DNA of 64,000 bases, taken from contig DASURS010000253.1 in the NCBI GenBank assembly GCA_036279935.1, positions 95 through 64,094 on the forward strand, read 5' to 3'. This stretch comes from Pyrinomonadaceae bacterium. GTDB taxonomy: Bacteria > Acidobacteriota > Blastocatellia > Pyrinomonadales > Pyrinomonadaceae. Under the pieces are notes generated by a model. The model did no database searches, was not told the DNA's origin, and worked only from the letters and a program-made list of their open reading frames with translations. A program made the position numbers and the translations under genes. Below are positions 8,705 through 18,257 of this stretch, in pieces (position 1 is the first letter of the stretch; every line of letters starts with the position of its first letter).

Positions 8705-10264
8705 ATGGCTCAGGCAATCTCCAAAACAAGCGGTAAGCTCTCCGCACGCAACGCTGCGCGCGCGGCTGTCAAGAATTACCAGAACTACATCAACGGCGAA
8801 TGGGTCGCGAGCCAGTCGGGTGAGATGTTCGAAAACATCAACCCCGCCGACACGCGCGACATAGTCGGACGCTTTCCGCTTTCTACGAGCGAAGACGTCA
8901 ACGCCGCCGTGAACGCCGCGCAGGGTGCGTTCGATCGCTGGCGCAACACGCCGGCGCCGAAGCGCGCGGAATTGCTGTTTCGCCTCGGCGAGATCCTGAT
9001 TCGCAACAAGGAACAGTTCACCGCCGACATGACCCGCGAAATGGGCAAGGTGTTGAAAGAGGCCGGCGGCGACGTTCAGGAAGCCATCGATTGCACTTAC
9101 TACACCGCCGGCGAAGGCCGTCGTCTGCACGGCTTTACGACGCCGGCCGAGATGCGGAACAAGTTCGCGATGTGCATCCGCCAGCCGGTCGGACTGTGCG
9201 GACTGATAACGCCGTGGAACTTTCCGATGGCGATTCCGTCGTGGAAACTGATCCCGGCGCTGGTCTGCGGCAACACCGTCGTGCTCAAGCCCGCCGAAGA
9301 CACGCCGCTTTCGACTTACAACCTCGTTAAGGCTTGCGAAGAGGCAGGAATCCCGCCGGGCGTCGTGAACCTCGTCACAGGCTATGGCGAATCAGTGGGC
9401 GCTGCGATGACGAACCATCCCGCATTGCGCCTGATCTCGTTCACGGGCTCGACTGAAACCGGACGCATCGTCGCGTCCGCGTGCGCCGAGCGAAACGCGA
9501 TCTGTTCGCTCGAAATGGGCGGCAAGAACGCCATCATCGTGATGGACGACGCGGACATCGATCTCGCTATTGAAGGCGCCATTTGGGGCGCCTTCGGTAC
9601 GTCAGGCCAACGTTGCACTGCTTCGTCGCGCCTCGTCGTTCACAAAAAAGTTTACAAGCAGTTTGTCGCCAGGCTCGTCGAACAAACGAAAGCGCTGCGC
9701 GTCGGCAACGGCGCCGATCCAAAGACGGACGTTGGGCCGCTAATCAACAACGACGCCGTTGAAAAAGTCATGGGCTACATCCGCATCGGCCGCAACGACG
9801 ACGGCGCGACGCTGTCCTGCGGCGGTAAGCGGCTCACGCGCGGTGATTACGCAAATGGTTATTTCATCGAGCCGACTGTCTTCAGCGATGCGACGCCCGA
9901 TATGCGGATCTCGCAGGAAGAGATCTTCGGTCCGGTTACGACCGTGATCCCGGCCAACTCGCTCGAGGACGCGATTCAGATCGCCAACGGAGTTCGTTAC
10001 GGGCTCTCCGCCGCGATCTACACGCAAAACGTGAATCGCGCGTTCAAAGCGATGAACGAGATGTACACGGGCATCTTCTACGTGAATGCTTCCACCATCG
10101 GCGCCGAAGTTCATCTTCCGTTTGGCGGCACGAAAGCCACCGGCAACGGCCATCGCGAAGCTGGAACCCAGGTCCTGGATATTTTTTCGGAATGGAAGTC
10201 CATCTACGTTGATTTCAGCGGCAAGCTGCAGCGCGCGCAAATTGATGTCGAGTCGCCCCAATAA
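8705..10264 (+). CDS. aldehyde dehydrogenase family protein (NAD(P)+ dependent)
   Basis: [32 protein letters not shown] (catalytic Glu) and GQRCTASSR (catalytic Cys) motifs. Substrate not assignable from sequence alone. Confidence 0.88.
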   Translation: MAQAISKTSGKLSARNAARAAVKNYQNYINGEWVASQSGEMFENINPADTRDIVGRFPLSTSEDVNAAVNAAQGAFDRWRNTPAPKRAELLFRLGEILIRNKEQFTADMTREMGKVLKEAGGDVQEAIDCTYYTAGEGRRLHGFTTPAEMRNKFAMCIRQPVGLCGLITPWNFPMAIPSWKLIPALVCGNTVVLKPAEDTPLSTYNLVKACEEAGIPPGVVNLVTGYGESVGAAMTNHPALRLISFTGSTETGRIVASACAERNAICSLEMGGKNAIIVMDDADIDLAIEGAIWGAFGTSGQRCTASSRLVVHKKVYKQFVARLVEQTKALRVGNGADPKTDVGPLINNDAVEKVMGYIRIGRNDDGATLSCGGKRLTRGDYANGYFIEPTVFSDATPDMRISQEEIFGPVTTVIPANSLEDAIQIANGVRYGLSAAIYTQNVNRAFKAMNEMYTGIFYVNASTIGAEVHLPFGGTKATGNGHREAGTQVLDIFSEWKSIYVDFSGKLQRAQIDVESPQ

Positions 10265-10417
10265 GGGGCTTTGTGCTTGGTACTTTGTGCTTTGTACTTT
10301 GTTCGCCAGATGACCGTTGAAATGATCACCCATCGCTCGAATGCGGCAGAACAAAGAACAAAGAACAAAGCACTAGTACAAAGTACTAAGCACAAAACAC
10401 AAAACCATAAAGCCCAC
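10264..10417. repeat. intergenic hairpin with ACAAAG-word arms
   Basis: GGGGCTTTGTGCTTGGTACTTTGTGCTTTGTACTTTGTTC ... GAACAAAGAACAAAGAACAAAGCACTAGTACAAAGTACTAAGCACAAAACACAAAACCATAAAGCCC. The arms are complementary in several registers. Confidence 0.9.
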
Positions 10418-10434
10418 TTTACTGGAGAACAATC

Positions 10435-11583
10435 TTGATCGTAGGTCTGCCTAAAGAAATCAAAGACAATGAATACAGAGTTGGACTGACTCCCGCCGGC
10501 GTGCGCGCGCTTAAAGACGCGGGCCACGAAATCCTCGTCGAAACCGACGCGGGCGCAGGGTCCGGTTTTGAGAACGCGCTTTACGAACGTGCCGGCGCCA
10601 CCATCATCGACTCGGCTGCCGATGTTTGGACCAACGCCGAGATGATCGTCAAAGTCAAAGAGCCGATCGCGTCAGAATACCCGCACATGCGCGATGGTCA
10701 GTTGTTGTTCACCTACCTTCACCTCGCTCCAGATCGCGAGTTGACGCAACAGTTGATCGATCGCCGCGTGACCGGCATCGCGTACGAGACAATTACCGAT
10801 CGACGCGGCACGTTGCCGTTGTTGACGCCGATGTCTGAAGTCGCAGGCCGCATGGCGATCCAGGTTGGCGCTCACTATCTCGAGAAGATGAGCGGCGGAC
10901 GCGGCATTTTGCTGGGTGGCGTTCCGGGCGTTCCCGCGGCCCGCGTCGTGATCATCGGCGGCGGCGTCGTCGGCACGAACGCGGCGAAGATCGCCGTCGG
11001 CATGGGCGCGCACGTCACGATCATCGACAACAATCTCGATCGTCTGCGCGAGCTCGACGACATTTTCCTTTCTAAGATCTCGACGCTCGCGTCCAGCGCG
11101 TACATGATCCACGACGCGATCTCGCAAGCCGATCTGATCATCGGCGCCGTGCTGGTCAAAGGCGCAGCCGCGCCGAAGTTGATCACGCGCGCCATGCTGA
11201 AAGACGTTCCGAATGGCGCGGTGATCGTCGACGTCGCCGTCGATCAAGGCGGCTGCATCGAGACGACGCACCCGACGACGCACTCGAACCCGACTTACTA
11301 CGTCGAAGGCGTGTTGCACTACTGCGTCGCCAACATGCCGGGCGCCGTGCCGCGCACGTCAACCTTCGCGTTGACCAACGCGACGCTGCCGTACGCTCTC
11401 AAACTCGCGAACAAGGGTTTCCTTCACGCCATCGCTGACGATCCGGGATTGAAGGAAGGTGTGAATACGTTTGCCGGTGAGTGTACGTATGAGGCGGTCG
11501 CTTTGGACCAGGGAATTCCGTACGTTGCGCTCGACGACTTGATCGGTGTTTCAAACACAGATCGAGCGAATGCAGTCCAATAA
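10435..11583 (+). CDS. ald: alanine dehydrogenase
   Basis: TTG start. [26 protein letters not shown]..., [13 protein letters not shown] Rossmann motif, [10 protein letters not shown]. Classic Ald N-terminus and length. Confidence 0.92.
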   Translation: MIVGLPKEIKDNEYRVGLTPAGVRALKDAGHEILVETDAGAGSGFENALYERAGATIIDSAADVWTNAEMIVKVKEPIASEYPHMRDGQLLFTYLHLAPDRELTQQLIDRRVTGIAYETITDRRGTLPLLTPMSEVAGRMAIQVGAHYLEKMSGGRGILLGGVPGVPAARVVIIGGGVVGTNAAKIAVGMGAHVTIIDNNLDRLRELDDIFLSKISTLASSAYMIHDAISQADLIIGAVLVKGAAAPKLITRAMLKDVPNGAVIVDVAVDQGGCIETTHPTTHSNPTYYVEGVLHYCVANMPGAVPRTSTFALTNATLPYALKLANKGFLHAIADDPGLKEGVNTFAGECTYEAVALDQGIPYVALDDLIGVSNTDRANAVQ

Positions 11584-11985
11584 ACTTTCCGGCGAGATCG
11601 GCTTCGAGAGAAACGCGTTGGCCTGTTCGGCCTCCGCGTTTTTCGGGTCAAGGCCGCTCAACAGGATGATCGGCAGGTGGCTGAGAGTTTGGCTGCCCCT
11701 CACGAACCGGCACAGCTCGTAGCCACTCAGGTTCGGCATCACCGCATCCGTGACCACGACGTCCACACTCGCATTCAGCAGAAACTTCATAGCCTCCAGC
11801 CCGTCCGCTGCGGATACGACTTCGTAACCTGCTCGTTGCAGCGTCACTTCCAGGTACCGGCGGAGAGCAGCATCATCCTCGGCGAGGAGGACGCACCGAG
11901 TCTCGCCCGGCGTTTCGGCCGGGTGCAGTATTTCTCCTATTCCCTCGTTCAGCGTTTCCGGTGTGATCATCGGGCTGTGCAGCAA
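11551..11985 (-). CDS. stand-alone response regulator receiver (CheY-like) protein
   Basis: [22 protein letters not shown] (phospho-acceptor Asp) and LSKP motifs. No output domain. The 3' end overlaps the ald 3' end by 33 nt (convergent). Confidence 0.8.
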   Translation of the reverse strand: MLHSPMITPETLNEGIGEILHPAETPGETRCVLLAEDDAALRRYLEVTLQRAGYEVVSAADGLEAMKFLLNASVDVVVTDAVMPNLSGYELCRFVRGSQTLSHLPIILLSGLDPKNAEAEQANAFLSKPISPESLLDCIRSICV

Positions 11986-12100
11986 GACTTTCGAGGCCGT
12001 GAGGGCTCTGAAGTTCGACGACGGCGCGCACGTGCGCCAGGGATTCGACTCGCCGCAAGCAGATTAGACCGCCCGCGCCGTGATTGTCAATGTTTAACCT

Positions 12101-12131
12101 TTAACCACAAGAAGGTGCCTTTTGTGGTTAA
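12101..12131. repeat. short CCACAAAAGG-family palindrome abutting the asnB stop codon
   Basis: TTAACCACAAGAAGGTGCCTTTTGTGGTTAA. On the minus strand the asnB stop reads TAA-CCACAAAAGGCAC. Confidence 0.85.
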
Positions 12132-14065
12132 TCGAGGAAGGTGCGGTGCCAGAGTTCGAGGCCTAAAAGCTGGAAAACCTGGAGGTTATAGTCCTCACGG
12201 CCGGAAAAGTTGGCGTCGAGAACGCGTCTGACCTCCTTCGGGCGGAACAGGCCGCGGCGTTTCACCACTTCCTCCGACAGCACGTCGTCAATCATCGGCC
12301 GCAAAGCCCCGCGCAGCCACGACCGAATGGGCGCGCCGAACCCGGCTTTCCGCCGCCAGATCACGTCCTTCGGTAACACGCCTTCCAGGGCCCGCTTGAG
12401 CACGTACTTGCGTTTCAACCCGTGAAGCTTGAGCCGGGGCGGCATGCGCGCGGCCATCTCGATCATCTCGCGGTTCAGAAACGGCACCCGCACCTCGAGG
12501 TTCGCGGCCATCGACGTCTTGTCCGTCGTCATGAGGTTCAGGCAGGGCAGGAACGTTTTCAAGTCGACGTAGAGCAGTCGATTCAGCGGCGCGGCATCGG
12601 CGACGCGCGCGAAGTAAGCGCGATGCGTGGCGTACGGGTCATAGTCGCGGGTGATGGCACGCCACTCGTCGGAATAAAGACGATGTTTCATTTCGTCAGT
12701 GAAGTAGGTTCCGTAGCCGAGATAGCGGTCTTCGAAGTCGAGCGCTGCGCTGCGCGCAAACTTCTTCGCGTTGCGCAGCGGCGCTGTCAGTTTGCCAGGC
12801 AGTCCGCCGGGTAAGGCACGGGCAACGCTCTTCATCAGCGGGCGACGCAGCATTTGCGGAACGGGGTCGAACGCGGACGCGATCTTCATCGCCATTTGCC
12901 GCGGGTAACCGGCGAACACTTCGTCGCCGCCCATGCCGGACAGCATGACGGTCAACGTCTCGCGTGCGGCGCGCGAGATGAGGTAACTCGGAATCGCCAT
13001 GTCGATCGGCGGCTCTTCCATGTGATAGACCAGCTTCGGCAGCAGGTCCGCGACGGACGGCTGCAACATGATCTCGTGATAGTCAGTCTGCAACTGCTCG
13101 TTGACGCGGCGGGCCCAGCGGACGTCGTCGGGAATGATGTCGTAGCGCAGGTCGTGGGTCTCGATGCCCGCGGTGTACGTGCTGATGCGCCGGCCGTCGA
13201 CGTGACGTTGCATGAGCGCGGTGATGCCCGACGAGTCAACGCCGCCGGAGAGAAACGAGCCGAGCGGAACGTCGGCCACCATCTCCATCTTTACCACTCT
13301 GTCGAGCGTCTCGAGCGTCCGGTCGCGCCACCACGCTTCGTTTCGTCCTTCTTCGATATGCGTGAACGAGACGTCCCACCATTGGCGCAGCTCGATCTGG
13401 TCGTTGCGGAAATGAAGCAGGTGGGCCGGCGGGACTGTCTTGATGCCGGCGAAGAGTGTATTGGGATCGGGCGACCACAGAAACGTCAGAAACTGGTGCA
13501 GCGCTTCCGAGTCGAGCGCCGGTCTGATTAATTGCGTCGCGAGAATGGCTTTGATTTCGGAGCCGAAGACAAACGCCGGTGGCGCGTCGTCGTTACCGGG
13601 AATGTAGGCGTAGTAGAGCGGCTTGATGCCGGCGTGATCGCGGGCGAGCGTCAGCATGCGCTCCTCGTTGTCCCAGACGGCGAAGGCGAACATGCCGTTT
13701 AGATGGTCCATCGCGTCCCAGCTCCACTCGACGATGGCTGCGAGCAGGACTTCAGCGTCGCTTTCAGTGCGAAACTCGTGGCCCAGCGCGCGCAGTTGTT
13801 GGCGCAGTTCGCGATAGTTGTAAATCTCGCCGTTGAATGTGAGGACGTAACGGCCGTTGTGCGAAAGCATCGGCTCGTGTCCGGCGGGGCTGGTGTCGAT
13901 GATTGCTAGACGGCGATGGCCCAGGCAGACGGTTCGGCCGTCGTCATCGATTGGCGGGGAGGTCCAAATGCCTTGATCGTCACGTCCACGGTGCTCGATC
14001 GCTTCAAGCATCCGCAAAATCCGTGGTTCCGGCTGGACGCTAATAATTCCGGCAATGCCGCACAT
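12128..14065 (-). CDS. asnB: asparagine synthase (glutamine-hydrolysing) family amidotransferase, polysaccharide-cluster paralogue 1
   Basis: Start set at MCGIAGII (catalytic Cys2; ATG at 14065). The ORF-track extension to 14164 overlaps the upstream gene. SGGVDSS PP-loop motif present. Confidence 0.9.
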   Translation of the reverse strand: MCGIAGIISVQPEPRILRMLEAIEHRGRDDQGIWTSPPIDDDGRTVCLGHRRLAIIDTSPAGHEPMLSHNGRYVLTFNGEIYNYRELRQQLRALGHEFRTESDAEVLLAAIVEWSWDAMDHLNGMFAFAVWDNEERMLTLARDHAGIKPLYYAYIPGNDDAPPAFVFGSEIKAILATQLIRPALDSEALHQFLTFLWSPDPNTLFAGIKTVPPAHLLHFRNDQIELRQWWDVSFTHIEEGRNEAWWRDRTLETLDRVVKMEMVADVPLGSFLSGGVDSSGITALMQRHVDGRRISTYTAGIETHDLRYDIIPDDVRWARRVNEQLQTDYHEIMLQPSVADLLPKLVYHMEEPPIDMAIPSYLISRAARETLTVMLSGMGGDEVFAGYPRQMAMKIASAFDPVPQMLRRPLMKSVARALPGGLPGKLTAPLRNAKKFARSAALDFEDRYLGYGTYFTDEMKHRLYSDEWRAITRDYDPYATHRAYFARVADAAPLNRLLYVDLKTFLPCLNLMTTDKTSMAANLEVRVPFLNREMIEMAARMPPRLKLHGLKRKYVLKRALEGVLPKDVIWRRKAGFGAPIRSWLRGALRPMIDDVLSEEVVKRRGLFRPKEVRRVLDANFSGREDYNLQVFQLLGLELWHRTFLD

Positions 14066-14066
14066 C

Positions 14067-14097
14067 TTAAATTTCAGATCTGAGATCTGAGATCTCA
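14067..14097. repeat. GAGATCT heptamer repeat (three overlapping AGATCT palindromes) inside the last codons of the oxidoreductase
   Basis: TTAAATTTCAGATCTGAGATCTGAGATCTCA. TCAGATCTGA and TGAGATCTCA are each perfect palindromes. It encodes the ...EISDLRSEI* tail. Confidence 0.85.
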
Positions 14098-16232
14098 AAA
14101 GGATGGTGCTCGCGGAGAGAATCGAGTACACGAAATGTGGCGCGAGTTGTGGCGGCGAGTTCATCCACGCTGATGGGCGCGGGTGTGCCTTGAAGAACGC
14201 ACGCGCAGACTTGTTTGACTTGTTCCTGCTGGCCCTTGTCCTGCGTCTTGACCGTCACCTGCTCTTCGCGCCCGTCTTTGTGAAGCGTTGCGCGGCGGAA
14301 GTCGTCGAGGACGAAACTACGCGACCCGCCGAATATCTCCAGCCGTTCCTTCGGCAGCGACTTGTCGCCTTCGCTCAGGTACGCGATGCAGCCGTTTGAG
14401 CCATCGGCAAAGCGCAACGTGATGAACACGGAATCGGCGTCTACTGCCTTCTCCGATTTCGCACTTACCGATTCCGCGAAAACGGAGATCGGCGCAGAGG
14501 CAGTCAAAAACTGCATCAGGTCGATGAAGTGACAGACTTCGCCGACGATGCGGCCGCCGCCTTCGATCGCGTTCTGCATCCAGTGCTCCTTCGGAATGCG
14601 GCCGGCATTGACGCGATAGAGCATCGACAGCGGCGAGTTGCGAGCGGCGGCGAAGAAATCTCTGGCGCGTTGGGTCAACGGCGAGAATCGTCGATTGAAC
14701 CCGACCATCAGGCGGCCCGTCGAATTGGCGGCAGCTTCAAGGACTTGATCGAGCTGATCGTCGTCGAGTGCGAGCGGTTTCTCGACGAAGACGTTCTTGT
14801 TTCGTTCGAGAGCTTTGCGTGCGAGATCGGCGTGCGAGTCGTTGCGCGTACCGATGACGACGAGATTGATCTGCGGATCGTCCAGCACGTCATCGGCGCT
14901 CGATACCGCATCCGCAAAGCCGAAACGCTTACCGACGTCGTGCGCTGAGATTCCCGACGCGGTCGCGATCGAGCGAAACTCGACGCCCTCGGATTTGAAG
15001 TGCGGCAGCAGCATCGCAGGAACGTAACCGCCCGCGCCGATGACGCCCAACGTTATCGCCTTGTCCGCGCGCGTCGCGTTCAACGGTACGCGCCGCACGA
15101 TCTCGCGATCCGGATCGTAATTGAGCAGCACGCCGAGATACGGTTCGCTCGACTCCGCGGAGATCAGGTTGTAGGCGCGCTCTGCATCGTCGATGCTGAA
15201 GCGGTGCGTCGTCAGTCGATCTACGTTGACGCGTTTGTCGCCGATGAGCTCGAGGAAGCTTTCGATGTTTCGTTTCTCCGTCCAGCGCACGTACGGGAGT
15301 GGATAATCTTGTCCCCGCTCTTCGTACTCGGGATCGTAACGTCCTGGTCCATACGACATCGAGATAACTAACTTCAGCTCGCGGCTGAAAAACGGTTGGC
15401 GTGGGATGTCGAGGCCCGTCATGCCGACGACGATCACGCGGCCTTTCAAGCGCGACACGCGCGCGGCGAGTTCGACGGGTTGATTTGAATCGGTGGCGGC
15501 GGTGATGAGCACCGCGTCCGCGCCGCGCCCGCGCGTCCATTTGTCTATCTCACTCGCCGCTTCTTCGCCGGAAACAACCGCGCGATCCGCGCCGAGTTCC
15601 ATCGCGAGTGAAACACGCGCCGGATCGAGATCGAGCCCGAAAACGCGACAGCCGTTTGCCTTCAGAAGCTGCACGGTAAGTTGGCCCACGAGCCCGAGGC
15701 CGATAACCACGACGGACTCGCCCAGCGTCGGCTCCGCCAGCCGCACGCCCTGCAACGCGATCGCGCCCAACGTGCCGAACGCGCCCGCTTCAAAACTCAC
15801 GTCCTCCGGCAGATGCACGCACAGGTTCTTCGGCACCGACAAAACTTCCGCGTGCGAAGCGAAGCCGACACCGGCGCAGGCGACGCGATCGCCGATGTGA
15901 AACTCCGTCACGTCGTCGGCCACCGCGGTGACGATGCCGGCCGCGCTGTAACCCAGTGACTGCGACGCCGCCATCTTGTCGCGCACGGACGCGAACGTGT
16001 TCAGCAACCCTTCACTTTTCACTTTCGCGACGACGGCTTTCACGAGGTCCGGGCGCTGTCGCGCTTCCTGAAGCAGTCCTTTGCTGACGAGTTCGACCGA
16101 CGCGCGCTCCGTTCCGGCGCTGATCAACGACGCGACCGTGCGGACCAGCACGCGCCCGCGCTGCAACGCAGGTACCGGCACTTCGCCGACAAACGGCTTA
16201 CCGGTTTTTCGATTCTGTAGCACCTGCTTCAT
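14067..16232 (-). CDS. bi-domain oxidoreductase (N-terminal Zn-ADH/MDR-like domain fused to a Gfo/Idh/MocA domain)
   Basis: N-terminal half has an MDR fold (GDRVACAG, VIGLGLVGQL). C-terminal half is Gfo/Idh/MocA-like (GVIGAGGYV, VFVEKPLA). Start set at MKQVLQNRK (ATG 16232), because the upstream codons run into a CACAAAAGG repeat. The stop is 1 nt from the asnB ATG. Confidence 0.8.
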   Translation of the reverse strand: MKQVLQNRKTGKPFVGEVPVPALQRGRVLVRTVASLISAGTERASVELVSKGLLQEARQRPDLVKAVVAKVKSEGLLNTFASVRDKMAASQSLGYSAAGIVTAVADDVTEFHIGDRVACAGVGFASHAEVLSVPKNLCVHLPEDVSFEAGAFGTLGAIALQGVRLAEPTLGESVVVIGLGLVGQLTVQLLKANGCRVFGLDLDPARVSLAMELGADRAVVSGEEAASEIDKWTRGRGADAVLITAATDSNQPVELAARVSRLKGRVIVVGMTGLDIPRQPFFSRELKLVISMSYGPGRYDPEYEERGQDYPLPYVRWTEKRNIESFLELIGDKRVNVDRLTTHRFSIDDAERAYNLISAESSEPYLGVLLNYDPDREIVRRVPLNATRADKAITLGVIGAGGYVPAMLLPHFKSEGVEFRSIATASGISAHDVGKRFGFADAVSSADDVLDDPQINLVVIGTRNDSHADLARKALERNKNVFVEKPLALDDDQLDQVLEAAANSTGRLMVGFNRRFSPLTQRARDFFAAARNSPLSMLYRVNAGRIPKEHWMQNAIEGGGRIVGEVCHFIDLMQFLTASAPISVFAESVSAKSEKAVDADSVFITLRFADGSNGCIAYLSEGDKSLPKERLEIFGGSRSFVLDDFRRATLHKDGREEQVTVKTQDKGQQEQVKQVCACVLQGTPAPISVDELAATTRATFRVLDSLREHHPFEISDLRSEI

Positions 16233-16262
16233 AGCCACAAAAAGGCACAAAAGTCACAAGGC
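16233..16262. repeat. single-arm CCACAAAAAGGCACAAAAG element between two co-directional genes
   Basis: Plus strand reads caTAGCCACAAAAAGGCACAAAAGTCACAAGG. The TAG head overlaps the reverse-complemented ATG of the oxidoreductase. Confidence 0.85.
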
Positions 16263-16270
16263 GGTAAGCT

Positions 16271-17449
16271 TTATTTGCCTTCAAGCACTTGTTCGATCAA
16301 GCCGCTGACCCATTCGGCGCGTGCGTCCCACGTTCCAGTTGCAACTGCCGCCTGACGTCTTTCAGAAGCCTCCGGATCGTCTTCGCGAAGCGCCTCTTCA
16401 ACAAGCGCGAGAAAGTCGTTGCGCGTCCGCGCGATTCGCAGCACGTCGCTCATCGCTTCGTACTCCGGCAGCGGCGAGATGACGACGGGCTTGCCGGTCG
16501 CGAGGTATTCACGCACCTTGATCGCCGAACCGTAACTCGTAAAAGACTGCTCAGTTTCCCACGGCAACACGCAAACGTCGAATCCAGCGGCGTAGCGAGG
16601 CAGGTCCGCATACGGCACGGGCGGCAGAAAGTGCGTGTTCGGCAGGTCTTCAATCTCCAGCCCGCGTGACTTGTTGCCGATGAAGATCCACTGCCATTGA
16701 GGCCGTTCGCGGTCGGCGCGTTTGATTAGCTCCTGGTCGACGAGCCAGGGCTCGATCGCTCCGAAGTAACCGAGCCGCGGGTGCGGAATGCGCGCGATTT
16801 CCGGCGCGACGCTCATGTTGCCGTTGCCGACGTGCCGCCAGTGATCGAAGTCAACGCCTTGTTCGAGCAGGTATGACCGATCGCGTCCGCGCGTCGCTTC
16901 GTCGAAGAGTTTTCGTCCGGAGTAGAAGACGAGGTCGGCGGCGTCGATCGCTTGCTCGTGAAGCTTGCGAATCAGCGCCGGATCAGTCGCGTGGTCCATC
17001 GTGTTCGCATCATACTTGTCGGACACTTGATAGACCACTGCCGATTCGTCCAGCGTGCCGATCATCTCGGCGGCCGTCGGAATCGCGATCCAGAGAATCG
17101 GTTTCGACAGTCCACGGTTGTGAGCCAGCCTGCCGATCTGCGCGCTGATGGCGCGTCGATTGATCGAGCGTGCAGCGGAGCTGCCGAAGAACGGCAGACT
17201 CGCGGGCGAAACGACGGTAATGCCGTCCTCCGTTTCGCGTGCGAGTTTTGAGTAGCTGCCGAGCTTGCGTTTGATACGTGGAAGCAGGTCCTTGTGGGCC
17301 AGGTTCGGCAGGCCCATCGAGATCGAATTGACGAAGATCACCTTGTTTCCCGCGCGCGCAAACTTGCGCATCAGGTGGGCTTTGGAGTGCGGATGGTGAT
17401 ACCACCAGTCTTCCCCGCCAAAGCAAATTATCGAGCGATTGAGCAACAT
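16271..17449 (-). CDS. glycosyltransferase (GT-B fold, GT1/GT4-like)
   Basis: 392 aa. C-terminal ...EYLATGKPVVISPLPEY resembles the GT-B donor-binding region. N-terminus ICFGGEDWWYHHPHS is typical of a subgroup of EPS glycosyltransferases. Cluster context supports the call. Confidence 0.65.
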   Translation of the reverse strand: MLLNRSIICFGGEDWWYHHPHSKAHLMRKFARAGNKVIFVNSISMGLPNLAHKDLLPRIKRKLGSYSKLARETEDGITVVSPASLPFFGSSAARSINRRAISAQIGRLAHNRGLSKPILWIAIPTAAEMIGTLDESAVVYQVSDKYDANTMDHATDPALIRKLHEQAIDAADLVFYSGRKLFDEATRGRDRSYLLEQGVDFDHWRHVGNGNMSVAPEIARIPHPRLGYFGAIEPWLVDQELIKRADRERPQWQWIFIGNKSRGLEIEDLPNTHFLPPVPYADLPRYAAGFDVCVLPWETEQSFTSYGSAIKVREYLATGKPVVISPLPEYEAMSDVLRIARTRNDFLALVEEALREDDPEASERRQAAVATGTWDARAEWVSGLIEQVLEGK

Positions 17450-17465
17450 TCGGAAAGCTGGAGAG

Positions 17466-18257
17466 TTATGACGGCTTCACTCGCGCGACGCACAGGCCTG
17501 ACACGCCGAATGGCAAGTTGAGGTAACGCAGCAGCGTACTCTCCGCACCGAATATCGCACCGAACACACTGTTGAAAGCAGATACGTTGATAGTGTTCTC
17601 GGTCGCGGTTTTGATTCCGGTCAGCCGCATGAACTTCCTCACGAACAGAATCGGCAGGAAGAACGTGATGTTCGCGTACGTTGAGCGCTCGACCTCAAAC
17701 CCCGCCTCTTCGAGGACGCGCCGGAGTTCCGGCAATCGATATCTGCGCCGGTGATTACTGACTTCGTCCTGCAGTCCCCACAAAAACATGAACGTCGGAA
17801 CAAACAAAAGCACGCGCCCGCCGGGCCGCAACACGCGTCGCATTTCGGTCAGTCCCGCGAGGTCGTCGTCCATGTGTTCGACGACGTCAAACGCCGTCAC
17901 CAGATCGAACGTGCCATCTTCGTAAGGCAACTCTTCACCCGCGCCGAGCCTGACCTTGTCCAATCCGCGCGCGCGACAAAACGCGAGCGCATCTTCCGAA
18001 ACGTCGACACCTTCCGCCTGGCCGTACTTCGAAAGCAGCAGCAGATTCGCGCCCGTTCCGCACCCGACATCGAGAATACGCGGGCGTCTGTCGGTCACCT
18101 GGCGACAGATCTGTTCGACGAAACCGGCGATGATGCGACGGCGTCCGATGTACCACCAATGCGACTGCTCGACCTCGTAGAGAATCGGATACGTGTGCTC
18201 CATCATCTCGCGTGGGAGCGGGTTCGTAATGCTTTTTGCGTCGGACGTAAAGCTCAT
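17466..18257 (-). CDS. class I SAM-dependent methyltransferase
   Basis: Start set at MSFTSD (ATG 18257), which forms an ATGA overlap with the upstream stop. ILDVGCGTGANLLLL motif I present. The track extension to 18650 overlaps the upstream gene. Confidence 0.85.
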   Translation of the reverse strand: MSFTSDAKSITNPLPREMMEHTYPILYEVEQSHWWYIGRRRIIAGFVEQICRQVTDRRPRILDVGCGTGANLLLLSKYGQAEGVDVSEDALAFCRARGLDKVRLGAGEELPYEDGTFDLVTAFDVVEHMDDDLAGLTEMRRVLRPGGRVLLFVPTFMFLWGLQDEVSNHRRRYRLPELRRVLEEAGFEVERSTYANITFFLPILFVRKFMRLTGIKTATENTINVSAFNSVFGAIFGAESTLLRYLNLPFGVSGLCVARVKPS

